From Octopus bimaculoides (lineage: Eukaryota), in NCBI RefSeq assembly GCF_001194135.2, contig NC_068985.1, positions 32,361,145-32,425,144 on the forward strand: DNA of 64,000 bases. The letters are read 5' to 3'. Of this stretch, positions 10,876 through 23,989 are shown in pieces. Position numbers and translations under genes: made by a program. Every line of letters begins with the position of its first letter. Position 1 is the stretch's first letter. A model generated the notes under the pieces. That model ran no database searches and had not been told where the DNA came from. It saw only the letters and a list, made by a program, of their open reading frames with translations.

Positions 10876-11888
10876 AAACTATCTCAGGCAATAAAGAATC
10901 CTGATGATATCATAAGCCTGCAGAATGACCTAAATGCAATATATAAGTGGGCAGAGCAAAATAATATCCAGTTCAATGCAAAAAAATTTCAAGTACTGTG
11001 CTACAAGGCCACAAGTGCCTCCCAACTGGCATACACAGGACCTGGAGGTACTGCAATCCCAGAACCACAAACAGTAAGAGACCTGGGCATCAACATGTGT
11101 AGTGATGCATCATTTCATATGCACATTGTCAAGTTGACAGCAAAGTGCAGACAACTGGCAGGGTGGATACTGAGGACATTCCGAACAAGTGATCAAAAGT
11201 CATGTTGACTCTATGGAAGACATTTATTCTGAGCCGCTTAGACTATTGCTCTCAGTTGTGGTCACCACACAGTGTCAAGCGGACAGCAGAACTCGAGGCA
11301 ATTCAGCGTCACTATACAAAAAAGATCGCCACAGTCCAACAGATGAACTACAGGGAGTGACTGAAGGCACTAGGTCTCTACTCCCTGCAGCGCAGGCGGG
11401 AGAGATATGTAATAATATACATATGGAAAAGACTGGAAGGACTGGTACCAAACTTTGGCATCAAGTACTACACGAATGCCCGCACAGGTCACCACTACAT
11501 GGTACCAAGGGTATCGTCCACTGCATCTCACATAAGAACAAGGTACTGCAACAGCCTCGGTTTCAGAGGACCTCAACTCTTTAATGCCCTGCCAAAACAT
11601 TTGAGAGACCTGCAAGACATGGATATAGAGGTCTTCAAAACAAAACTCGACGCCTTCCTCTCCGCGATAATAGACGAACCAATGGCTCGAAATGAGACAC
11701 AGTTTAGGGCAGCGATGTCAAATTCTCTTATACACCAGATGTGCCATCAAAACTCTTGATTGGACTATATCAGGTGGAGGAGAAGGGCCATGCAAGGAAC
11801 GTGAAGAGAGCACAGCATAAAGACGGAAAGTCACGGTGGTGCTCCAGCATGACCACAGCCACTTGGCTGAAACCCATAAATAAATAAA
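10876..11888 (+). mobile_element. 5'-truncated CR1/L2-group LINE (RT C-terminal region, 3' UTR, (TAAA)n tail)
   Basis: Frameshifted translation LQNDLNAIYKWAEQNNIQFNAKKFQVL, VRDLGI, WILRTFRT, RLDYCSQLWSPH, LYSLQRRRER, FRGPQLFNALPK. It ends 'gctgaaacccataaataaataaa'. Confidence 0.9.
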
Positions 11889-11889
11889 T

Positions 11890-12071
11890 GCATATATATA
11901 TATATACATATATATTTATATATACATACATATAAATATACATATATATAATAATTTATATACATATATATATATACATATACATACATATATATACACA
12001 TACATATAGGCATATATCTATGCATATATGTATGTATATAGATATATACATGTTTTTTATGTATATGTATG

Positions 12072-12107
<36 letters not shown>

Positions 12108-12409
12108 NNNNNNNNNNNNNNNNNNNNNNNNNNNNNNNNNNNNNNNNNNNNNNNNNNNNNNNNNNNNNNNNNNNNNNNNNNNNNNNNNNNNNNNNNNNNN
12201 NNNNNNNGTGTGTATATATGTGTGTATATATATGTATATATATGTGTGTAAATATATGTGTAAATATATATGTATATATATATGTTTGTATATATATGTG
12301 TGTGTATATATATATATATATANNNNNNNNNNGTGTGTATATATGTGTGTATATATATGTATATATATGTGTGTAAATATATATGTATATATATATGTTT
12401 GTATATATA

Positions 12410-12450
<41 letters not shown>
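11890..12450. repeat. (TA)n/(TG)n compound microsatellite with assembly gaps
   Basis: Read directly. Near-identical blocks lie on either side of the short gap. Confidence 0.9.
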
Positions 12451-12454
<4 letters not shown>

Positions 12455-15400
12455 CATTGCTAGTGAAACTTTATTAATGATCTCTTTTTATCATTTTCTT
12501 CTGTATAGAATTTGCGAGATATAAATTATCCCATCTCTGAATAGCATTGGTTAATAACTGTTAATTTGTGACATCGAATTCATTCCGTCCAACTCTCCAC
12601 TTCGTTGTATTCTCGCCCTCCACATGTTCACAACGAACTTATACATTTCCAAAAGGCAAACTTAGTAAGTTAGGTCTTCCCTTCTAACTATTATAATCCT
12701 AAACCTTTTCGTTTGAAACAACTTTTGGACGTTCCCTACTTCTTTTTAAACTTCGATGTCATTATATATTTTTCATTGCTCCTGTCTTAATGTGATAACT
12801 AATCATTGTTTCTCTTTTATCTTGCCATTAACATTATTTTACAAACTATTTAACATGTACCTGTAAAACTAGCATGTTTCCTTCTGTTCCCGTCTGTTTC
12901 TATATAAATGTTTTTGGATTCTGTTAATTTTCTCTGTTGGTGTGACAGAGATCTTTTGAAGTGGTTAAATCAAGATAAACATTTATCCACTCATTAGTAA
13001 ACAAGTGTGGAACGGCTTTAATTAGAGCTTTTTTTCCTCCTTTTCTAAGCAATTCTATAATTTCATTTGAAAAGCCGGAAAACCCAGATCTTTTGTATCT
13101 CCTTACTTTCGTTGTGNNNNNNNNNNNNNNNNNNNNNNNNNNNNNNNNNNNNNNNNNNNNNNNNNNNNNNNNNNNNNNNNNNNNNNNNNNNNNNNNNNNN
13201 NNNNNNNNNNNNNNNNNNNNNNNNNNNNNNNNNNNNNNNNNNNNNNNNNNNNNNNNNNNNNNNNNNNNNNNNNNNNNNNNNNNNNNNNNNNNNNNNNNNN
13301 NNNNNNNNNNNNTATATATATAAAATGGCAGTTCTCTTGAAGTGTTACTAATACAGATATACGCACACTCATGTACGAAAGTTGTTTTATATGTATTAAA
13401 AACTTATTTACTTTTGAATGGTTACTCTCATATTAGATTTGAACTGTAGTTCGGTTTCCATATATTTATAAATTTTACTATAAGATGGACAAAAGTAGCT
13501 TGAGTTTGAATTAATTGTCCACTTGAATAATAAAATTCAACGATTTTATACGTTCTTTTATTTATATGTATCTTAATCAAAAAGTCGTCCATATAAAATT
13601 TATTGAAGTATGATAATAATTTATTGAAAATAAGTTTCATACATGTCTGTGTATAAGGAAGCCCTAAGAGACTTTTGGCTCATAATGTTTTGTTAGCAGC
13701 TGCAGGAAATTCTAAACTTAGCTAACTTTGTATAGTTGTCTTTGTAGGTGTAGTATTGTCAGTGCAGAAAACAACTTTTGATAATGGATATATATTGATT
13801 TCTTACTTAGGCACAAAATATCAGATTTAATGGGTGTAAAAACGAGACTGTGAGAATCAAGCCTTAGCAGCAACGTATGTGAAGTGGAATAGTTCAAATG
13901 AGAATAGAAATCAGGTCGCGCATCGGGTTCGCTGGGAGCTTCTTTCCAGCGCTCGCCATTGCAATTCAACCATGCCGTTTTTTTTTTTGTCTATCATGTT
14001 TTAAAATGCATTTGGGTGTTACAGACTCTTTCAGGTGGCCACTACAATTAACTATTGATAGTAAATGCAGTAAACAGGAAGTTATATATTAAATTAGCTG
14101 ACGTGACTGTTTTAACTCTAACCCTAAAAGAATTGCCGTCATGTTTTTGAAAGAAAGAGTTATTAACTTATAAAATAACCACTAATCATTCAGTTGAAAA
14201 TGGTTACCACATTTGTGAGGACTATTTATTATACTTCTATATACCATTATATTTTGCTATTATGTTTAGAAAGTATTGTGAACATCATATACTAAATTAA
14301 TTTTATTTTAGCCATTGGTTAAAAATCGGACCTTTGACAGTCTGCTTATAAAACCCTATATAATTCAGCTTTTTGTTCTATGACATTTCTTAATTGGAGA
14401 AAAAAAATATGAATAACATTTAAAATATTTTATTTTTTGTCCTGTAGCGAGCCATTCAGAATTTTATACGTTTAGGACTAATAGATATACTTAACGAAAT
14501 TAGCAGAAGATAGTGACGCCCATCTAGATTCGGTATAGATTTACTCTGTTCGTCTGGCTTGTAGACCCTATTTTGTAATGTTGACCATGATATTTCATTA
14601 GAAACACATGCGCATTCGAATTTTATACAAGTGTTACGGTGGCACTAAAATAATTTGTCGTTTTCCGTTCTCAAAATACAACTTGGCAGCTAATGTTACT
14701 GCTTATGATCCACTTTGATGTATTTTTTTTTTACATCCGGTCACATCAACTCAGTGCCTCTTGTATGTCGGAAGTGTATCCTTTTTGAACTGGATGGTGC
14801 TTCGTAATAGTTTGTGGACAAATCGACCTCATTGTTTGACATTTCATTTTCTTCCTGTAACTAATTCATATCCAGTATATTGTTTTGTTTAAAGAAATTA
14901 ATTCTTTAAAACGTGATATATTTCGTAACATATTTTCTGATTATCCCCGGAAAGTTGTTGAAGAGGGAATTTTCTTTTATATCACCGAATTTAAAATCAT
15001 GATTTTCGTCTGTTATATTTTTTTAAATTAAAAACTCTCTTGACAGTGAAAGAAAAAAAAAAGATCGCTTTATACAGTTATTCTTTTTAAACATTTTCAT
15101 TTAATTGAACTATTTTATGTTGTTGAATTCTTATTTATTATCTGGAAATCATTGGCACATTCTTCCATTGATTACATTTGTGATATAGTGTAATTATTCT
15201 AAAACCTCAGTATTTTAGTTCTATTGTATTGTGCGTTAATAATCTTCAGTGCTTTATAACTCTTCTTCACGAATATTCAGATAATTGACATAGACATTTC
15301 AATTTTTTTTACGTTTTTCTTTTGACAAACTAATTTTAATTTCCACTTTGTGTAGGAGTGTATTCGTTTTCTCTATTAATGATCGACTTCCTTTGGAGAT

Positions 15401-16959
15401 ATTTGTTAGTCACTACATTTCAAATCCATGAAATAGTGTTTCATAGTTATAATTTTGAATGAGATACCAATGCTTCCTGTTTGGTAATAGAGAATTTTGG
15501 GCGATTTCCTTTTGAAGCATAGTAAGATAAATCAACAGTAAAATATTTTTCTCTTGTTTTAATTTTGTAGAAACCGGAGTTTATTATTCACACGATTATA
15601 TTTTGTGTGCTTAGTTAATATGTTAACACACTATAACACATAGACTGCATCTCAAAACGCAAAAGATAACTGAAAACACATGTGACTGATTAGCTCAAGT
15701 TTCCACAATACTCTGCCATTACTATGTTTGATGTAAAGAACATCCTTTTAAAATGCTTCTGATTGTTTTATGAAAAAATTATTAATCTAGAACTCTTTTT
15801 AAACTTGTACGACATGGTTCCAATAGGAAATTGCTGGATTTTGCTGGAATAACCTCTGGGCACATTTCATCGAAATTCTGAGAATGATATTGACATATTT
15901 TCAAATCCTAAATGTGTAACATTTTTCATAAAGTATTATTATATCTTCATACTGTTTGATTTATAAAAAAATCTTTGTAAAACTGTTATATTTCTAGTTG
16001 CTTTTTCAGTCCTAATATTTGCCTTTTATAGTCTGCTTCTATATTTTCTGTCAGTTGTGTTCCAGCTACAGATTTTGGTTTGTTACTTGTAGATGGTTCT
16101 TTTGAGAATGTCTGGCAATCATAGAATCTTTCTGAGTTCTCTTCACACGCACACACACATTACATGTGCTATGTGGAAGTAAGTTCTCAAACGATCAATA
16201 TTCGGTTGCTTTTCCCTTGACTAAGAGCTATAAGGAACCACTTCATCTCCAACGATTAACATGTATGCGTGTGAAAATTTACGTTGTAGGATGTAAAAGG
16301 TTTCCAGTATAAACATAGAACTAGTGTGTATAAGAAGAAAAAAATGAAACGAACAACACTGTACTAAGAAGTACAACCTAGTTAGGAGGTTCTGCATAGA
16401 CATCGGTTAGTTATAACATTTTGAATACCATTTTGGTGCTATGCGAAAGTGCACTCAGTACACTTTGTAAGGTAGCTGGCTTTAGAAAGGGCATCCTACT
16501 ATAGAAACTATATCAATAACATATGATTAAGATAGGGTTTACAATTTGTCTGAGCGGGCTATTATAGAATATGCCGTGGTAAATAGACAATCGGTAAAGT
16601 ATCAAACAGAATTTTTGTTCAAATCCTAACTGGGTCAAAGTCTTCCAAAGTTGTTGAAATAAGTACCAGTGCTATGGTTTATAACGAACAAAGCCTATGA
16701 ATGTGATGTCCTACATGGCTGCTGTCCAATGACAAATCAGGAAAAGGAAAACAAAAAGCTAATTAGAAACAAAAGATTAAATAAGTGATCAAATCAATAC
16801 ATTCTGATCTTTGTATTTTGTAATTCAATACCAAAACATTTAAATGGTTATGGTTTAATTTTCTGGAGTTGTAATTTTTAATAGATATTTTGAGAACAAA
16901 GTTGGATAAAAAGTGAGTCGGTAATTTATGTTATTGATTAGTTTGCTTAAAAGTATTAA

Positions 16960-17280
16960 TCTGATAGGAACGGTATTGTAGTATACAAGCAATCTATTGA
17001 TCAGAAGACAAAATTGCTTGAGATGCTAGAGGATAATTTATGGTCGTATTATAAAAGACAGCTGCCAATGGTCAAAACGATAAGTTGGCCAGGTGTTCAG
17101 GGTTAATAGGACTGAAGTATAAAGAATAGGCTGTTTGAGTTGTATAATACTCTTTAAAAATTAGTCCGTTAGAACATTTAGTTGTGAGCAAAAACTGAGG
17201 CTCTAAATGTTTTTGGTGAGAGGTTTTCTCTTTTAATTGAGGGAAGTGTTCTGGACTTCTTTTCCAGAATGTCGCCTATG
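16960..17280 (-). mobile_element. Possible highly decayed CR1/L2-group RT N-terminal remnant
   Basis: Minus frames give 'PINPEHLAN/YR...TTINYPLASQAILSSDQ', resembling PIxKxG..NYRPI...IIN..L..LLSDxQ. Many frameshifts. Confidence 0.35.
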
Positions 17281-19211
17281 TTTATTTATTTTTTTGTGGT
17301 GGTTCAATCTTGAAAGGGTAGGGTGGAGCTTGTGAAGGCTATGGGTACATCCTTTTCCTTCAAACCATTATAAAAAAAAATGTGATGGTGCAATAAAAGT
17401 GTCTAGGTTGCATGCGGAAAATTTAAGATTGGTATTACCTGCAGAAGTTCTCTTAGAATTGACTGAATAGATTGTTAATATATAGAAGGAAATGTGTTAA
17501 ACCAAGTTAAACCTTGAGGACATCAATCAAACAGACTGAAAGAGTTGAGAGTCCTATAAGCATATGGTGCAATGGAATTGTCTTACAATTTTGGTCCAAG
17601 AGATATGGGAGAGAAAAACTTTGATAATTTTTTTTCTTTAGAAGCATGCTGATAGTCAGTGAGGAAGGAGAGAGACACACAAGGGGGTGTATGCTTACAG
17701 TTGTCTCATGTGTTGCTTGTTACCCCCTATGATCAAAAGTATTTCAGCTGTGACCAACTCTTTTTAGTGCAACGTAGGACTACATTATTTAATGTCTTCT
17801 TTTTTGAGGGAGATTTGGCCGCTGTTTCCACAAAGTGACCACATAGGTGTTACTAGGTAGGACTAGAGAGTTTGCTCTTTTTGGTGGAGCATGTTACAGG
17901 ATTCCAAAAATTAGGGGTACATCTCAGAAGAGAGCAGTATTAAAGAATTGAAGCCTCTTAAACTAGTTAAGGAAAGTTTAAGACTAGAAGATTGAAGATG
18001 AAAATATTTTTGAGTTGACTAAAATCAATAGCTGAAACATAGATTTTTCCTTTTTTTTTTTTTTTCTCATGAAATAGAAAAATGAAAAAAATAGTTCAAC
18101 TTTTTTTTTTTTTATTTAGAGAATTTTTTTTTTCTGCTCATGTAAGCAAATTATCTTATTCTATGACTATTTCAGCTGCATGTCGCTTGCTAATATGTGA
18201 CTGAAAAAGGGCCATAAAATAAGATAAATTTGTAAAAGTAGAAATGTAGTCTAAAAAAATTATATTGAATGGAAGGAGAAATTTTTTTTTCTTTGTAAAG
18301 TGGATAAAGAGGATAGGAACTGTACTCTGAGGGTCAGCTGAACACATTTACACTCAGCGAAGAGGAACAGACACACATTGAGGTTTATTATATAGTGTAG
18401 CTTACAAATGAACCAGCAAAAGGAAACCATTATGAATTAGTGAGGCTATTAAGGGAATAGTACTGGAATATTGCAAAACTTTGATAAGTAGTTAGTATTA
18501 TGCTGAAGGTGTTAGAATTGTTACTTATAGCATTGTTTCCTTGTTTAGTTAATTTGGTTGTGCAAAAAATTCTTTAATGACTAATGTAGGAGTATTAAAG
18601 TAACTTCTATACTGGTAAGGGTATTACAAAGAAGGAATTACATGTAACTAAAATTTACAAACCAAATAATGAAGATAACCTAATTTAATGTTAGATATAG
18701 TTGAAATAGTGTAAATTGCAAAGAAAATGTTTCAAGAATAACATTTCATGAACATCATTTCATGTTGAAGTTTTTCATTTTGTTTTATGAAAAATCTGTG
18801 GATAACTTGGAGGAGGAGAGTAAAAGAGTAGCTTTACGAGTAACTATTTTCTGTGAGTGCAGTGTTTTTGGTAAGTTTTCACACGAGTTCTCCATCTTTG
18901 GTTTTGAAGTTATTAAAAAGAAATTCACAAATTTTCGTTGAGATAATAGTAAGTGTATTTGTAAAAATCATTCCAGGATCTACAGAGAAGGCTTAAAACT
19001 TAGATAAGGTATGAATTGAGCTGTCTGATGTTCATCATCTTTCTCATTTTTTTCTTTGCTGTGGTCATTGGGGTGGCTAGGTTTGCTGTATCATCTCTCA
19101 TAACAATTGTTTTGTCATTTTGTGTGAAATCTAAAATTAAATGAACCTAACCGCTTCAAATTCCTTTTGTCCTCAATCATAATTTACCATAGGTGTTGTC
19201 CAATGTCAGTA

Positions 19212-19829
19212 TATTTTCTACTCTAGGCACAAGGCCTGAAATTTTTGGGGAAGGGGCCAGTCGATTACTGGTATGCAACTGGTACTTAATTTATCGATCC
19301 CGAAAGGATGAATCTGAACTCAGGACGTAAAGACATGAAAAACCTCTAAGTATTTCGCTCGGCATACTAACGTTTCTATCAGCTTGCCACAATGTCCAGT
19401 ATCAGTATATTCTTTTCTACTCTAGGTATAAGGCCCGAAATTTTGGGGGAGGGGCCAGTTGATTAGATCGATCCCAATACACAATTTGGTACTTAATTTA
19501 TCAACTCCAAAAGGATAAAAGGCAAAGTTGATCTCGGCAGAATTTGAACTCAGAACATAAAGACAGATGAAATACTGCTAAGCATTTCGCCCAGCGTGCT
19601 AACATTTATTATTTCTTTATTGCCCACAAGGGGCTAAACATGGAGGGGACAAACAAGGACGGACAAAGGGATTAAGTCGATTACGTCGACCCCAGCGTGT
19701 AACTGGTACTTAATTTATCGACCCCGAAAGGATGAAAGGCAAAGTCGACCTCGCCGGAATTTGAACTCAGAACGTAAATACCGCTAAGCATTTTGCCTAG
19801 CATGCTAACGTTTCTGCCAGCTCACCACC
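19212..19829 (-). mobile_element. Cluster of three family-X tRNA-headed SINEs
   Basis: Copies at about 19212-19390, 19412-19606 and 19607-19829. Two have a 'cctagagtagaa' tail and one has a 'gggcaataaagaaataa' tail. B-box-like GAGTTCAAATTC. Confidence 0.9.
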
Positions 19830-20444
19830 ATGTCCAGTGTCAGTATATTGCACCAGCCAGCCAGCACTTATTGTCTGTTCATGTCACATTTATATGTAAT
19901 ATTGTAATACAGTCATGTTTTGTATTTGTTGATGAATGCTTTTAATGCTAGCTGCTCTCTTAGCTCAATAGTGGTCTGTTGTAGATAGACATCCATTGTA
20001 TCATGTAAACTTCTGGATTTGTTGCTTGTATCACATCCATCTATGATCAGATCTTACACTTTCTGAAAGAAAGCTTGGTTGCCTACAAGTTTAACAGCTA
20101 TCAGAATTCTTCAATGATTTTCTTCTGCTGACTACTCTTCAGATACAATAAATTCTCTTCATTTAATGTATGTCTTATTACCATGCAATGTCACACCTCT
20201 TACACAGGCTTCATATGCTATTCACACAAGCATTTTGTCTTCAATAGAAGTAATAAGTCATCTAAATTTAATTCACTCACTTATACTCTATTATTTCTGT
20301 AATCTTCTTCAACATCACTCGAGTTATCATCATTTAATGCCTGTTTTCTTTGCTGGTGTGGGTTGGATGGTTTGACAGGAGCTTGCAAGTCTGAGGACTG
20401 TGCCAACTCTATTGTCTACTTCGAGGTTATAAATTTTCTATTAG

Positions 20445-20832
20445 CACAAATGTGACTGTGTACAGAAGTTTGCTTCCCAACCTCATGGTTATGGTTTTAG
20501 ATTCAGTTCCACTGCATGGCACATTGGACAAGTGTCTTCTACTATAATCTCTTGCCCTGTGAATGGATTTGGTAGATGGAAACTAAAAGAAGCTGGTTGT
20601 CTATATATGTATGTTTGTGTGTATCTTTGTCCTGACATCATGTGATGGTTGTAAACTAGCATCACTGTCATACAAGTAATACTATTTGTTTCCAATCTTC
20701 CATGAAAATATGTCCAGCTATAGGGAAACATTACTTTGCTGGGAAACATGAAGGTTGGCTGGAGGAAGAGCATCTGGCTGTAGATGTATCACAAATTCTG
20801 TCTGAGCCATATAAGCATGTTAATGTGGACAT
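20445..20832 (+). mobile_element. Family-Y-headed SINE with an RTE-derived tail
   Basis: Same head and core as the 54.3 kb SINE. The 3' part 'gaagagcatctggctgtaga...ccatataagcatgttaatgtggacattatatggtgatg' matches the RTE 3' end at 3330-3475. Confidence 0.7.
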
Positions 20833-21099
20833 TATATGGTGATGTTTCCTATGTGTCATTCAAGCAAATAATAAGCTTCAATTCTTGGGTACTGTAAGAG
20901 ATAACTACTTGTATCTCATTCAAAGCGCTGATTTTCTGTCAGACTGCCGGAGATCTTACTACATTCTTGTGTATCCATTTTTGTATTGAGTTGTACTGAC
21001 AGCACAGGGGTTTTGTATTCTCTGTTATTTAGTACTTTATATTATAGACTATACTTTCAGATTTAAAACTTTTTTGTGCAGATTTGTAGTAGTTTGCAT

Positions 21100-21230
21100 T
21101 GAGAATGTTAGAATCGACCCATAAAAACACCCTTATACATAAACTTGTACAGCTTTGACAATTAGTTCATCTGTACTAGGCATTTTCAGTATCAACCAAG
21201 AGTACAGGACCCTGTCAAAGGCCATCCATT
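21100..21230 (-). mobile_element. Small decayed RTE-like RT fragment
   Basis: Minus frame 'AFDRVLYSWLILKMPSTDELIVKAVQV' resembles the 'AFDRVTRSLIWWSMRKLGIEEW' segment of the 1.5 kb copy. Confidence 0.4.
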
Positions 21231-23109
21231 GTGTAGAAAAAAAGCTGAGTAGATTTTTCTTTTTGTGAACATTTTTATTGTTGTCTTACTAGGTTACAGC
21301 ATCGGATTGAAGAAATAGGAATGAAAATACAATACAGGAATACATTTGAAGTCTTAAGCTGTAAGTTTTTACGAATCGTAAAAGGAAAAGGCTTTTGTGT
21401 TAGTCCTTGTAAGGTCAACTCATTGTGTAGATTATGATTTTATTGTGTTCAAATAAAATACATCTCTAACTGGTTCAGTTGACTGCATAATGTCAAAATT
21501 ACATGTAAGACTAATCATATATTTCTTATATTGAAAGAACACAAAATATATAGTCACTATAAATCATTAGGTTATGTTTTAGTGCCCTAACCTGTTACAG
21601 TGTGGATTAAAAGGATAAAGCTGTGTTGTTTTTCATATTTATTAGAGAAGTTATAACCAATTAAGTATATGACAAAATTTTTTAAAAAGTTAAAGTGCAT
21701 TCTGTTACAAAGGATTCAAGTTTAAATCTAAAATCTAAAACTTCAAAGTTTTAGTATTTCTTTTATATTATTTTGATAAAAATAACCTTAAATGACCATT
21801 TTAAAAGAAATAAAGTAAACTAGATGTGCAACTTTTTCTAAATATTGTTTGAATATGAAATTTAAGTGAATATAAATCAAAGATTGCATTAAATAGAATT
21901 CATATTGTACAAAATTTATTGAAGAAACATTGTATTCATAGAATAGGGATTAAATCAAAAATCTAAATTCAAAATTTATTAACATAGTATTAAAATCAGA
22001 ATTGCTTATATCAGATCCTAATTCCGAGAAGCTCTTAAATATTGATTTGCTTTCTGTGCAAAAAACGTATCTTTGAAATTGGAAATTTTTTAGTGCATTT
22101 ACTCAGAGTTAGAAAAATGTATCGATTTTGGTTCCAGTTACTAAATAATTGCTTCTGACTCTACAATCCTGGTCCTAATCATTGAATTAGTCATTTATAT
22201 TATTAAGGTATTATCCATACTGTAAAACTACTGCTTATCCCCTAACTACTGTAAAAGTTAGAGGATAAGGAAGGATTAAAAATGATAGGTTAATAAAGAA
22301 AGATAGTGAAAGATCATTATTGTGTGGAAGGGTTTAAAAATGTGATTTATAGACTAGGCTTATAATTTAAATTGGGGCTTACCAAGGATTTGACCATTGA
22401 AATGTATTTGGAACCGGATGATCAAAGATTATCACAAAGTCTTGACTATGTTGGAAAGGAAGATTTTTGTAGATTACAAAGGTCAGTGTGGCAAAGACCA
22501 ACAAAGCAGGGAATCCTAGCCAATGTAGAGTGGCCATAGTTGATAAATAGGAAAAGAGTAGTATGTATCAACCCATGGCTGATTGAAAAATAACATTTCA
22601 AATGTCCTAAATATTCATGAGAAACAAAACTGTAGACTCGTGAAGCAAAGTTCATGAACTTAAAGTTGACTCATTTGATGAAGTCAGAAGTTTGTTACCT
22701 AATCAGCGGTGGTGGTTGTAGTGACAGTGAGTAGCTACAGTAAGAGAAGAATGGCAGAAGTTTAAGAGGTTTTTCTTTTGGTAACAAACCATTTCCTCTC
22801 TACAAACTATGAAGCATGTTATAAGAACTATGATGCGCCTTGCATCCAACACCATATAACATGCGCTTGATGAATGTCTTCCAAAACTATCCCTTTTCTC
22901 TCCATCATGCACATAGACGTGCCGACTATGAAAGCCCTTCCATTCACTTGAAACCAACAAAGCCATTGGTCTTGACAATGACTTTACTGTTACCTTCAAA
23001 TAAATTATTCGAGAGCTCACCAAACTCTTTAATCTCTCTCTCTCTCTCTGTATATATATATATATACACACACACATACATATATCCTGATCTTTGGAAA
23101 CATACTGCA

Positions 23110-23580
23110 GTATGTCCTATTCTTCAGAACAACCCCTGTGACTCTGTTAGCTAATATCTTATTGTATGAACAGTTCCAGCATCTCAAAGGTGATGAAGAC
23201 AGCCATAAACAACCTTCTAATCCCTTAAATCTCTCTCTCTCTCTGCTCATCTTTATAACTTTTCCAAATCCAGATCAATTGGAAATCTACTTTTCTGAGT
23301 GCTTTCAAATTCAGCAAATTGTTTAAATGTTTTGACTAAACTGGCTTCCTGTGGACTCTATCCATATTTTGCTTCTTGGAATAGTGGTTTCTCATCAGAT
23401 CACAGCATTGCAGCTTTTATTGATGGCACTTTCTCTCTCTCTCTCTCTCTCTCTCTTAATCACATTCTATTAACTCCGTTTTGCCCTCTACAGTTTCTCT
23501 GTACCTCAATGGTCTACTTGTTATCAATTTCAACAATGCCCACTCTTATGCAGATGATATCATCCTTCATTCCTCCCTAA
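23110..23580 (+). mobile_element. Decayed CR1/L2-group RT fragment interrupted by (CT)n
   Basis: 'VLTKLASCGLYPYFASWNSGFSSDHSIAAFIDG' and 'NAHSYADDIILHSS' (YADD) at about 23535-23576. Confidence 0.7.
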
Positions 23581-23989
23581 CCGCCTGCACCCAGGGTCTG
23601 TAAAGGCTATGGGTACAGCTCTTTTCCCAGGCCAAGCTAATATTAAAAAAAAAACATGATGGTGAGACCTAGAAAGTGGATGATATAGTGAAATTAGCAG
23701 CTGTATTCTGTTGAATGTGTAACATCTTGCAAGAAAAGTGATGCACATGTGAACTAAGACACTAAAAGTATTGACAGCACCAAAGTGCTAAAGCTATGTG
23801 TAGGAATGAATTTACACATAAATGAACAATGAGTGGTGCACTAGAGTGAGATGATTGCAGAAACATCAAATTGATGAGTCAGGTTTGAAAGTTATAGAAA
23901 GGGAGTTAGCCTTAGATGCGACACAGTCGGTTGTGCCAAGAAGAGTTACAGCCAATATTCTCTTCTGAGGCAACTGAAGGAGAAAGTTA

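Noticed and set aside
12208-12450. Near-identical 115-bp blocks flanking a 10-N gap
   Set aside because: Most likely overlapping contig ends in a microsatellite, an assembly artefact.
10247-12524. Many Tyr/Ile/Val-rich ORFs in the ORF track
   Set aside because: They are translations of (TA)n, (TACA)n and (TG)n microsatellites and N gaps, not genes.
19197-19849. Repeat-spacer-repeat layout superficially like a CRISPR array
   Set aside because: The spacers are homologous SINE copies of about 180-420 bp, the context is eukaryotic and there are no cas genes. Reported instead as a triplicated target site.
22234-22269. 14-bp hairpin (13/14 paired, 8-nt loop)
   Set aside because: Isolated, AT-rich, and not followed by a Helitron CTRR end or other element features.
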